32,000 bases of DNA from Haloferax volcanii DS2. Its GTDB lineage: Archaea > Halobacteriota > Halobacteria > Halobacteriales > Haloferacaceae. Positions within the stretch are counted from its first letter, which is position 1; each line of letters begins with the position of its first letter. The stretch is from assembly GCF_000025685.1 (NCBI RefSeq), contig NC_013967.1, positions 660,001 to 692,000 on the forward strand. The letters run 5' to 3'. The translations under genes and the position numbers were made by a program. The notes below the pieces were generated by a model, which searched no databases, was not told the origin of the DNA, and saw only the letters and a list, made by a program, of their open reading frames with translations. This document shows, one piece after another, positions 23,937-31,756 of the stretch.

Positions 23937-24533
23937 ATGGACCTCGCGGGCGTCACTCGACACGAACCGGTGACCGTCGACGCGGGCCGGCGGGCGGCCG
24001 TCATCGCCCCCGTCGTGTTCCGCGACGAGCGGCCGCACATCCTGTTTACCAAGCGCGCCGACCACCTCGGCGAGCACCCGGGCCAGATGAGTTTTCCCGG
24101 CGGCGGCCGCGAACCGAGCGACGCCGACCTGCGGGCGACCGCGCTCCGCGAGTCCAACGAGGAAATCGGACTTCGACCCGAGGAGGCGGCGTTTCACGGC
24201 CGCCTCGACGACATCCGAACCGTGACCGACTACGCCGTCTCGCCGTTCGTCGCCACGGTTCCCGACCGCGCGTACGAACCCGACCAGCGCGAGGTGGCCG
24301 AAATCGCGGTGCTCGCGGTTGGCGACCTCATCGACCGCGCGAACTACGAGTCGGAACGCCGCGACCACCCGCAGTACGGCGAGATTCGGCTCCACTTCTT
24401 CCACGTCGACGGCTACACCGTCTGGGGCGCGACCGGGCGGATGCTCGTGCAACTGCTCGAACTCACGACCGACTGGCGCGTCCCCGAGGAGGTCGACCGC
24501 GTGGTCGACCCCGACGCCGACTACCCGGTGTAG
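23937..24533 (+). CDS. Nudix hydrolase (CoA-pyrophosphatase-like)
   Basis: 198 aa from the internal ATG 23937. The Nudix box is GGGREPSDADLRATALRESNEEIGL (Gx5Ex7REUxEExGU). Confidence 0.85.
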   Translation: MDLAGVTRHEPVTVDAGRRAAVIAPVVFRDERPHILFTKRADHLGEHPGQMSFPGGGREPSDADLRATALRESNEEIGLRPEEAAFHGRLDDIRTVTDYAVSPFVATVPDRAYEPDQREVAEIAVLAVGDLIDRANYESERRDHPQYGEIRLHFFHVDGYTVWGATGRMLVQLLELTTDWRVPEEVDRVVDPDADYPV

Positions 24534-24588
24534 TGCCCCTCGGCGCGTGCCGACCCGGCGCGGTCGCTCGCGGCGTCCGAACCAGTTC

Positions 24589-24602
24589 CGAAAAACAAAA
24601 CA
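24589..24602 (-). terminator. Candidate doxX terminator (oligo-U tract)
   Basis: Plus-strand AAAAACAAAA at 24591-24600 reads UUUUGUUUUU on the doxX strand, about 70 nt after its stop. It lies in a convergent intergenic region. Confidence 0.4.
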
Positions 24603-24670
24603 GCGTCGCGGACGTCGATCCCGTCACTCCCTGCCCCTCTCAGTCCCGTGTCCGGCCCGCGTGTACCCCC

Positions 24671-25198
24671 TCAGCCGAGGAGGTACTTGAGCGCGGGGCG
24701 CTGGCGGACGAACTCCATCTTCTCGATGATGGCGTCGAGGCCGAGGATGCGGCCCGCCGCGAGCGTGCCGACGATGACGAACATCATCAGCCCGAACAGG
24801 TCGCCGTTGACCACGCCGTGGCCCCACTCGGCGTTCCCCAGGTAGAAAAACACCATCAGGACGCCGCCGAAGAAGGCGGCGAGCCGGACGAGTGCACCCA
24901 CGATGAGCCCGAGACCGATGAGGAACTCGCCCCACGGAATCATGACGTTCGTGAGGTCGAGGAGCCACGGAGTGGCGGCGGCCCACGCGAAGAAGCCCTG
25001 GAGCGGCGAGGCTGCGGGGGCGTTCGCGAGGTAGCCCGCGGCGCTGAACGGCTCACCGGTTATCTTCCCCAGTCCCGCGTGGAGGAACCAGTAACCGGTG
25101 ATGAGGCGGGTCAACACGAGCACGTAGCCCGTGACGCCCCGCGAGTAGTCGAAGTCCATTCTGTTCCCCAGCATCTCGATTTGTGCGTTAGCGGGCAT
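24671..25198 (-). CDS. DoxX-family integral membrane protein
   Basis: 175 aa with four hydrophobic segments. LTRLITGYWFLHAGLGKI and IPWGEFLIGLGLIVG resemble DoxX proteins. A GGTGA SD-like element lies about 7 nt before the ATG. Confidence 0.7.
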   Translation of the reverse strand: MPANAQIEMLGNRMDFDYSRGVTGYVLVLTRLITGYWFLHAGLGKITGEPFSAAGYLANAPAASPLQGFFAWAAATPWLLDLTNVMIPWGEFLIGLGLIVGALVRLAAFFGGVLMVFFYLGNAEWGHGVVNGDLFGLMMFVIVGTLAAGRILGLDAIIEKMEFVRQRPALKYLLG

Positions 25199-25451
25199 CT
25201 CGGTTCACCTTACATCTAAATCGTCGGCCGCGAACCCCATATAACGGCGACGCGATTTCCGAATCCATAGAAATGGGAATGACCGAAAACGGGCGTCTGA
25301 GACTGTCACGATTCGTTTTCGACTACTAATCGAGACATAGGATTGTGTCCTAAATACAATCGTGTCGAGACGCGGGTGAACACGGCGGTCTCTCGCAGTG
25401 CGACCGGCTGACACGCGCTGCGGAACCGGTCGCTGCCGGGGCGATGCAGGG

Positions 25452-25459
25452 TATATAAA
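25452..25459. promoter_or_regulatory. Strong TATA element of ambiguous orientation (TATATAAA on +, TTTATATA on -)
   Basis: On the minus strand this is the same 8-mer as promoter P3. In the plus orientation it would give a leader of about 105 nt for the 25589 gene, which has a GGTGA SD 5 nt before its ATG. In the minus orientation it would start a transcript running toward doxX. Confidence 0.45.
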
Positions 25460-25588
25460 CGCCCCGCGACGAGTCACCGTCGCCGTCATCGACAGGGTTT
25501 TGGCCTCCTCCGCGCTACTCGTTCTCACATGGTCGCACAGACGATGGATCGCGTTCCGCGACGGTACTGAAACTTCTGTGGTGATAGC

Positions 25589-26371
25589 ATGCTGACCGCC
25601 GAGCGTGCGGTCTCGAAAGCCGGTCTGGACGCAGTCGCGCTCAAACCCGCCGAGTGCGACGTGCGCGAGGCGCTTTCGGTCCCGCTGGATGTCGTTGCCA
25701 TCGACTACGAGGGCCGCGAGCGGCTCCCCGACGAGGACGTACTGCGCGACCTCGCGGCCGAAAAGGAGGTCCGACTGACCACGCCGGTCCGCACCGACGG
25801 CTTCGACCCGCTCGGCGACGACTCGCTGTACGAGTGGCTCCCCGACGGGGTTCGGCAGGTGCTCGTGGCCGGCCACGGCGCGTATCTGACGGACGACGAG
25901 GCGCGCCGCGCGGTCGCCCCCCGGCTCCGCGCCGCGAGGGAGCGCGCGCCCGACGCGTGGGTCGGCACCGAGGGCATCGAGCGAATCGCCCTCGCCGCCG
26001 GCGGCACCCAGTACGAACTCCTCTCGCGGTCGACCCGCAGAGACGTTCGGGCGCTCCGGGCGGCCGGCTTCGGCGGCGAGGTCGCGCTCTACGCCCCGAC
26101 CGCCCTCACCGACGACGACGACGAGATTCTCGACGCCGTCGGCGCGTACGTCTCCCGTCGCCGCCCCGTCGCTCGCGCGCTCCCCGACGACGCCGCGACC
26201 GACGCCTCGGCCGAGGGTCGCGCCCGCGAGGTGCTCCTGAAGGCCTCGCGCGACTACGCGCTCATCGGCTCGGTCGACGACATCCGCCGGCGAATCGACG
26301 ACCTCCGCGACGCCGGTATCGACCTCGTGGTCGGCTACCCCGCCCGCGGCGTCGACGAGTTCGCCGAGTAG
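25589..26371 (+). CDS. Conserved hypothetical protein
   Basis: 260 aa with acidic composition. The C-terminus (ALIGSVDDIRRRIDDLRDAGIDLVVGYP) loosely resembles the C-terminal end of luciferase-like (LLM/TIM-barrel) oxidoreductases. The family was not confirmed. Confidence 0.55.
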   Translation: MLTAERAVSKAGLDAVALKPAECDVREALSVPLDVVAIDYEGRERLPDEDVLRDLAAEKEVRLTTPVRTDGFDPLGDDSLYEWLPDGVRQVLVAGHGAYLTDDEARRAVAPRLRAARERAPDAWVGTEGIERIALAAGGTQYELLSRSTRRDVRALRAAGFGGEVALYAPTALTDDDDEILDAVGAYVSRRRPVARALPDDAATDASAEGRAREVLLKASRDYALIGSVDDIRRRIDDLRDAGIDLVVGYPARGVDEFAE

Positions 26372-26653
26372 TCCGGCGCGCCGGGCGGTCGCCCGCTCTC
26401 CGCCTCCTGCGGTTCGCCCCGCCTGTGCCGCGCCGAGCACCGGAGGCCTTTTACGCGGTCGCCGGAGAGGACAGGTGACGGCACGGTCGGGTGGCTCCTT
26501 TCGGACCCACGTGGTTTCCACGCGGGCCACGGCCGGCCGACCTACCCCGTCTCTCTACAATCCTGAGCGACCGCGCCGCGCAGTTCTCGACCACTCTCGC
26601 CCCACGACCGGCGAGCAACTGCCATTCAAGTCGGTCGCCGACGCAGACGGGGT

Positions 26654-27820
26654 ATGAACGAGTCAGCGCGCGTCGCGGTCGTCGGCGCGGGCGCGGTCGG
26701 CCTGACGACCGCCTTCGACCTCGCCGAGCGCGGGGCGCGAGTCACGCTGTTCGAGCGCGACGTCCCCGGCCGCGGGTCGACGGGCCGCGCCGCCGGCATC
26801 TGTTACGACGCCTACGCGGAGGACATCGACGCGGCCGTCGCCGGGAGCGCGATGGACCGCTTTCGGAGCCTGTCGGGCGAGGGCGGGTTCGCCTTCCACG
26901 AGACGCCCTACGTCTTTCTCGCGCGCGAGGGCGACGACGCGGCGGCCGCGGCCCTCGAGGAGTCGGTCGAGCGAATGCGCGTCCACGACCGCGCGGTGTC
27001 GCTCGTCGGAGCCGACGAACTGGGCGACCGGTTCCCGATTCGGACCGACGACGTGCTCCTCGCGGGCGTCGCTGAGAACGCCGGCTGGGCAGACCCCGCG
27101 GCCTACGTGGACCTGTTCGTCGAGCAGTGCGAGTCGGCCGGCGTCGCGTTCCGCGTCGGCGACGCGGTGACGCTTCGAACCGACCCGCCGGCCGTCGCCG
27201 TCGACGACGTGGTGACCGCCCGCTTCGACGCCGTCGTCGTCGCCGCGGGCGTCCACTCGCGCCGCCTGCTCGCCGACGCGGGCCACCCAATCGCGCTCAA
27301 ACCCTACCGGGCGCAGGCGCTCGTCGCTGACTGCGACTACCGCGGGCCGACCGTCTACGACGCGACCGACGAGTCGTACCTGCGGCCGCATCCCGGCGGC
27401 GTCCTCGCGGGCGACGGCGTCGAACCGGTCGAACCCGACCCCGACGACTGGGACCCGACCGCGGACGACTGGTTCGTCGCCGACGCCCTCGACGGGGTTC
27501 GCCACCGGACCGGCATCGACGGCTTCGACGAGGCCGGCGAGGCGGCGGCCGAGGCCGACCAGTCGGACAGCGCGTGGGCCGGCCTCTGCGGGGCGACCCC
27601 GGACCGGAACCCGCTCGTCGGCGCGGTCGCTGAAGGCGTCTACGTCGCCGCCGGCTGGCACGGCCACGGCTTCATGTGGGCCCCGGCAATCGGGGAACGA
27701 CTCGCGGAGGCGGTGCTCGGAGACGGTCGAGAACGGATTCCGGCCGCGTTCGACCCTCGCCGCTTCGACGGCGACGAGGAGTTCGCGGTGGTCGAAGGGA
27801 TGACGCTCGACGGCGACTAG
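26654..27820 (+). CDS. FAD-dependent oxidoreductase (DAO / glycine-sarcosine oxidase-like family)
   Basis: 388 aa. The N-terminal dinucleotide fold is RVAVVGAGAVGLTTAFDLAERGARVTLFER...GSTGRAAG, and a late GHGFMWAP block is present. Confidence 0.8.
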   Translation: MNESARVAVVGAGAVGLTTAFDLAERGARVTLFERDVPGRGSTGRAAGICYDAYAEDIDAAVAGSAMDRFRSLSGEGGFAFHETPYVFLAREGDDAAAAALEESVERMRVHDRAVSLVGADELGDRFPIRTDDVLLAGVAENAGWADPAAYVDLFVEQCESAGVAFRVGDAVTLRTDPPAVAVDDVVTARFDAVVVAAGVHSRRLLADAGHPIALKPYRAQALVADCDYRGPTVYDATDESYLRPHPGGVLAGDGVEPVEPDPDDWDPTADDWFVADALDGVRHRTGIDGFDEAGEAAAEADQSDSAWAGLCGATPDRNPLVGAVAEGVYVAAGWHGHGFMWAPAIGERLAEAVLGDGRERIPAAFDPRRFDGDEEFAVVEGMTLDGD

Positions 27821-27865
27821 CGCGAAACGGAGGTTCGGAGGGGTCGTCGCGCCCGAAACTGAGAC

Positions 27866-28354
27866 TCAGGCGTCTTGGTCGTCCACGTCGCCGAAGTCGA
27901 CTTCGTCGTCGGACTCGGTGTCGGCCTCGCCGTCGGCTTCGTCTTCCTCCTCGGTCACGGCGATGTCGCTCGCGCGTTCGTCCTTGGGAATCCGAATCTG
28001 GAGCGTGCCGTGCTTGCCGACCGTGGCGGTTCCCTCGGCGGCTTCGACCGAGGCGTCGGAGGGGATGGTCGCCGTCCCCGAGAGCGTGAGGCCGCGGCCG
28101 GGGAAGCGCATCTCGTAGCCCTCGTGGAAGTCGCGGAAGCGGTCGATGCGAATCTCGACCTCGCCGTCGAGGAAGCGGACCTGCACGTCCTCGGCGCGTG
28201 CGCCGGGCGCGTCGAAGACGACGAGGTAGGCGTCCTCGGATTCGAGCAGGTCGTGGGCGAGCGGCTTGCGCTCCTGCATCTGGCTGACGCCGCGGCCGAC
28301 CCGTTCGAGGACGGCGTTCGCCGCCGACTCGCCGTACTTCCGCAGGTCGCTCAT
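27866..28354 (-). CDS. hsp20: Hsp20/alpha-crystallin family small heat-shock protein with an acidic tail
   Basis: These are the last 162 aa of a 760-aa shadow ORF: MSDLRKYG...DLLESEDAYLVVFDAPGARAEDVQVRFLDGEVEIRIDR...GTLQIRIPK, followed by a Glu/Asp tail. The ATG overlaps the stop of the upstream microprotein (ATGA). Confidence 0.8.
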   Translation of the reverse strand: MSDLRKYGESAANAVLERVGRGVSQMQERKPLAHDLLESEDAYLVVFDAPGARAEDVQVRFLDGEVEIRIDRFRDFHEGYEMRFPGRGLTLSGTATIPSDASVEAAEGTATVGKHGTLQIRIPKDERASDIAVTEEEDEADGEADTESDDEVDFGDVDDQDA

Positions 28355-28509
28355 AGCTGAATCTCCTCCAGGGCGCGGGACTCGCCGCAGTACGGACAGG
28401 AGAAGTCCGCCACCGTCACGTCGTCGGGCATGTCGTAGGTGTAGTGCAGCTCGAACATGTCGAGTTCGCAGTCCTCGTTGGCGCACTTGACTTCGAGGGT
28501 CGCGGGCAT
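28351..28509 (-). CDS. 52-aa zinc-ribbon microprotein (not in the ORF track)
   Basis: Manual translation of the minus strand gives MPATLEVKCANEDCELDMFELHYTYDMPDDVTVADFSCPYCGESRALEEIQL* (Cx5C...CxxC). A minus-strand TTTATGAG at 28532-28539 lies 22 nt upstream of the ATG, the leaderless architecture. Its TGA overlaps the hsp20 ATG. Confidence 0.6.
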   Translation of the reverse strand: MPATLEVKCANEDCELDMFELHYTYDMPDDVTVADFSCPYCGESRALEEIQL

Positions 28510-28630
28510 GGCCGTCAGTTACGCTCCCACGCTCATAAACGCGCGGGAGGCGGAAGCGCCCCCACGACGCGGTTCGGGGCCGCGACCGCCGACCGGTTGC
28601 GTTTTCCGCGTCGAACCCGAACCGCGACCG

Positions 28631-30328
28631 ATGACCGACCCCGCCGACCTCACCGTGACTATCGTCGACGGATACGTCGACGAGCCGGCGCACTTCGGCG
28701 TGCCGCCGTACATCTCGACGTATCCGAGGTTCACCGCGGGTGCGGTGGTCGACGCGGGCGTCCCCGAGTCCAACGTCGTCTACCACACCATCGACGAACT
28801 CCGCGAGGACAGACAGAAGTGGCGCGACGTGGCCGACGCCGACCTCATGATTTACATCGGCGGCATGACCGTCCCCGGCAAGTACGTCGGCGGGACGCCC
28901 GCCGAACCCGACGAGGTGCGCGAACTCGCGTGGGTCGCTGAAGGCACCGCCCTGATGGGCGGGCCGATTCGCTTCGGCGTCGGCGACGAGAACGCCGGCG
29001 GCCAGGACATGGAGCGCAAGAACCTCGACTACGACTTCGTCGCCAAGGGCGACATCGAGGCGGCCGCCTACGACCTCGTCGACTCCGGGCTCGAAGGTTT
29101 CGGCAACCGCATGCGCGACAACGAGGAACTCGACCGCTGGGCCGCCATGGGCGCGTTCGTGGTCGAACAGCACCCGAGCCACCCCGACCACCTCATCTGC
29201 GAGATGGAGACCTCGCGGGGCTGTGCCTACCGCTGTTCGTTCTGTACCGAACCGCTGTACGGCAACCCCGCGTTCCGCACCGCCGACTCCGTCGTCAAGG
29301 AGGTCGAGAACCTCTACGACCGCGGCGCGCGACACTTCCGGCTCGGCCGGCAGGCCGACATCCTCGCGTTCGGCGGCGACGGCGAGGCTCCGAACCCCGA
29401 CGCGCTCCGCCGGCTCTACGGCGGTATCCGCGAGGTCGCGCCGGACCTCGGCACGCTCCACCTCGACAACGTCAACCCCATCACCATCGTCGGCTGGCCC
29501 GAGAAGTCCCGCGAGGCGCTCCGCATCATCGCCGAGCACAACACGGCCGGCGATACCGCGGCGTTCGGCCTCGAATCCGCCGACCCCGTGGTGCAGGAGG
29601 AGAACAACCTCAACGTCACCGCCGACGAGTGTTTCGAGGCGGTCAAAATCGTCAACGAGGTCGCCGGCTGGCGACCCGGCGACGACCCCGCGGACGCGCC
29701 GACCCACGGCTCGGACGCCGCGAACCGCCTGCCGAAGCTCCTCCCCGGCATCAACCTCCTCCACGGGCTGAAAGGCGAGCGCGAGGAGACGTTCGAGCAC
29801 AACAAGCGGTTCCTCCAGCGCGTCTACGACGAGGGCCTCATGGTCCGCCGCATCAACATCCGGCAGGTGATGGCGTTCGACGGCACCGACATGTCCGACA
29901 CGGGTGCCGACATCGCCCGCGACCACAAACAGCTGTTCAAGACGTACAAAACGGAGGTCCGCGAGGAAATCGACCGGCCGATGCTCCGCCGGGTCGCCCC
30001 CGCGGGGACGGTCCTCCCGAACGTCCACCTCGAATACCACCAGGACGGCCGGACGTTCGGCCGCCAGCTCGGAACCTACCCGCTTTTGGTCGGGATTCCG
30101 GGCGAGCGCGAACTCGGGAAGACTATCGACGTGGCCGTCGTCGACCACGGCTACCGCTCCGTCACCGGCGTCCCCTACCCGCTTGACTTCAACGAGGCGT
30201 CGATGGACGAACTCACCGCCATCCCCGGCATCGGGCGGTCGACCGCCGGCGACATCGTGGTGAATCGCCCCTACGCCGACGCGGCCGACGTGGGCGTCGA
30301 TGCCGACGTGACGAAGTACGTTCAGTAG
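28631..30328 (+). CDS. Radical SAM protein with a C-terminal helix-hairpin-helix
   Basis: 565 aa from the internal ATG 28631. The CxxxCxxC cluster is SRGCAYRCSFCTEP. The C-terminal ELTAIPGIGRSTAGDIV is HhH-like. The N-terminal domain is flavodoxin/B12-binding-like by position only. Confidence 0.8.
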   Translation: MTDPADLTVTIVDGYVDEPAHFGVPPYISTYPRFTAGAVVDAGVPESNVVYHTIDELREDRQKWRDVADADLMIYIGGMTVPGKYVGGTPAEPDEVRELAWVAEGTALMGGPIRFGVGDENAGGQDMERKNLDYDFVAKGDIEAAAYDLVDSGLEGFGNRMRDNEELDRWAAMGAFVVEQHPSHPDHLICEMETSRGCAYRCSFCTEPLYGNPAFRTADSVVKEVENLYDRGARHFRLGRQADILAFGGDGEAPNPDALRRLYGGIREVAPDLGTLHLDNVNPITIVGWPEKSREALRIIAEHNTAGDTAAFGLESADPVVQEENNLNVTADECFEAVKIVNEVAGWRPGDDPADAPTHGSDAANRLPKLLPGINLLHGLKGEREETFEHNKRFLQRVYDEGLMVRRINIRQVMAFDGTDMSDTGADIARDHKQLFKTYKTEVREEIDRPMLRRVAPAGTVLPNVHLEYHQDGRTFGRQLGTYPLLVGIPGERELGKTIDVAVVDHGYRSVTGVPYPLDFNEASMDELTAIPGIGRSTAGDIVVNRPYADAADVGVDADVTKYVQ

Positions 30329-30436
30329 CGCGTTCAGTCCTCGAAACGCCGTTCTTCACCTGCAACCGCGCTCTCTCTGCGCGCCCGACGCGTTCACTCG
30401 CAAGCGTGGTGCGTCGTTCACTTGCAGCCGTGGTCT
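30319..30436. repeat. Degenerate direct repeats with a CGTTCA(C/G)T... core in a convergent intergenic region
   Basis: CGTTCAGT at 30319 and 30331. CGTTCTTCACCTGCAACCGCG at 30350. CGTTCACTCGCAAGCGTGGT at 30391 and CGTTCACTTGCAGCCGTGGT at 30415 are 17/20 identical with a 24-nt period. Confidence 0.5.
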
Positions 30437-30495
30437 GTCGGTGGGGTGAGCACTGTCGGTGCGGCGGACGGCGTCGAACCGCGAAAAGAGCGCCG

Positions 30496-30900
30496 TCAGA
30501 AGTCGTCTTCGACGACCTCGCCGACGGCGAAGTTAGACTTGACTTCGGTGATTTCGACTTTCACGCGCTCGCCGACTTCCGTGCCGGGAACGATGATGAC
30601 GTAGCCGCGTTCGACGCGGGCGATACCGTCGCCCTGCTTGCCGATGTCCTCGATTTCGACGTAGCGGAGTTCGCCGGCTTCGACGGGCGGTTGCGGTTCG
30701 TTCGTGGGCGTCGGTCCGGCGTTCGGTTCGGACTCGGCGGGTTCGTTCGATTCGCGGGAGATGAGCGCGACGCGGTACGTCTCGCCGGGTTCGACGGTCC
30801 CGGTCTCGACTTCGCGGCGCGGAATTTCGACGACGTAGCGGTCGTCCTCGGTGCGAACGTCAGCATTGAACAGACACAGGAGTTTATCTGAGATTTCCAC
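30496..30900 (-). CDS. TRAM-domain protein
   Basis: 134 aa. The C-terminal TRAM-like domain is GELRYVEIEDIGKQGDGIARVERGYVIIVPGTEVGERVKVEITEVKSNFAVGEVV. The GTG start is preceded by GGAGGT about 6-7 nt upstream. A Pro/Glu/Asn-rich linker separates it from an N-terminal beta-rich segment. Confidence 0.75.
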   Translation of the reverse strand: MEISDKLLCLFNADVRTEDDRYVVEIPRREVETGTVEPGETYRVALISRESNEPAESEPNAGPTPTNEPQPPVEAGELRYVEIEDIGKQGDGIARVERGYVIIVPGTEVGERVKVEITEVKSNFAVGEVVEDDF

Positions 30901-30964
30901 CGTAAGACCTCCAATATGTGGTCAGGCCGGAGTGTTAAAGATGTACCGCAGTCAGCGGATTCGA

Positions 30965-31660
30965 CTACTGAACCCGCGTCCCGTCGGGCCGTTTCGCGCC
31001 CTCCGAGTCGTGGACGACGACCTCGCCCGGCCCGGTCTCGACCGACTCGTACGCGTCGGTGACGCCCCGCGCCTCGCGGAGCTCTCGAACCGCTCGCTCT
31101 TTCAGCGCCCGCGCCAGTTCCTCCGCGTCCGCCCGGGAGATGTCCCGGCCGAGGCCCTCGCACTCGTGGGCGCGGACGACGCCCTCCTCGTCGACGGCCT
31201 CGCCCATCGGCTGGCTCGTGCCGCCGAGGGCGACGCTGAACGGGTAGGTCTCGCAGATGAGCGGGCGGTCCTCGTGGACCTGACAAGCGCCCCGCCCGGA
31301 GTCGTCTCCCTCGTAGAATCGGCAGTCGCCGCAGGCGGTCGTCTGGAGCGCCCACTCGAACGTCTCGCCCTCGGGGCCGTCGTCGCCCTCGACGAGGCCG
31401 TAGGGCATCGGTCGGGCCACGTCCCGCCACTCCATCGGGGTTCCCGACTCGCCTTTCGAGTCGTCTCCGCCGGCCTCCTGCAAGGCGCGCACCTCGTCGG
31501 GGAAGACGGTCGCCGTGTGCGGTTCGGGGCCGTCGTCGCCCTCGTAGCCCTTACAGCAGGCCCCGCAGCGCGTGCACTCGAAGCCGATGGACTCGATGGC
31601 GTCGGCGAGTTCCGACACGTCGAGGTCGCGGGCGCGGTCCAGTTCGGCGTCGAGGTCCAT
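30965..31660 (-). CDS. YkgJ-family (UPF0153) cysteine-cluster protein
   Basis: 231 aa from the internal ATG 31660 (MDLDAELDRARDL...). The signature CxxCxxCC is ECTRCGACCKG, with further Cys at TTACGDCRFY, GACQVHE, ICETYPF and HECEG. Confidence 0.7.
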   Translation of the reverse strand: MDLDAELDRARDLDVSELADAIESIGFECTRCGACCKGYEGDDGPEPHTATVFPDEVRALQEAGGDDSKGESGTPMEWRDVARPMPYGLVEGDDGPEGETFEWALQTTACGDCRFYEGDDSGRGACQVHEDRPLICETYPFSVALGGTSQPMGEAVDEEGVVRAHECEGLGRDISRADAEELARALKERAVRELREARGVTDAYESVETGPGEVVVHDSEGAKRPDGTRVQ

Positions 31661-31756
31661 ACCCGCGATGCGGGCGCGAGCCCAAAGAGGGGCGCGGTTT
31701 TTCGCGGGGGCGCGACCCCCGGCCACCCGCGGTCTCGGACACCGACGACGCGCGCC

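Noticed and set aside
25273-25329. 18-codon ORF (MGMTENGRLRLSRFVFDY) in the long intergenic region
   Set aside because: It is too short, has no SD or correctly spaced TATA element, and has a basic, non-halophilic composition.
26372-26653. 282-bp GC-rich gap with a 60-aa GTG-initiated ORF (26475-26657), a CCACGTGG palindrome and a GGCCGGCC palindrome
   Set aside because: The ORF is basic and Arg/Pro/Thr-rich, which is unlike halophilic proteins, and it runs into the next gene's start. Short GC palindromes are expected by chance at this composition. No convincing RNA structure or motif was found by eye. Transcriptome data would be needed to revisit this.
28355-30148. N-terminal ~600 aa of the 760-aa minus-strand ORF
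   Set aside because: This part is antisense to the radical SAM gene, which has a clear CxxxCxxC, and has non-halophilic composition. Only the last 162 aa (Hsp20) are credible.
30319-30436. Possible CRISPR array
   Set aside because: The repeats are short, degenerate and directly abutting, with a 24-nt period or irregular gaps. There are no unique spacers of about 30-40 nt and no cas genes nearby.
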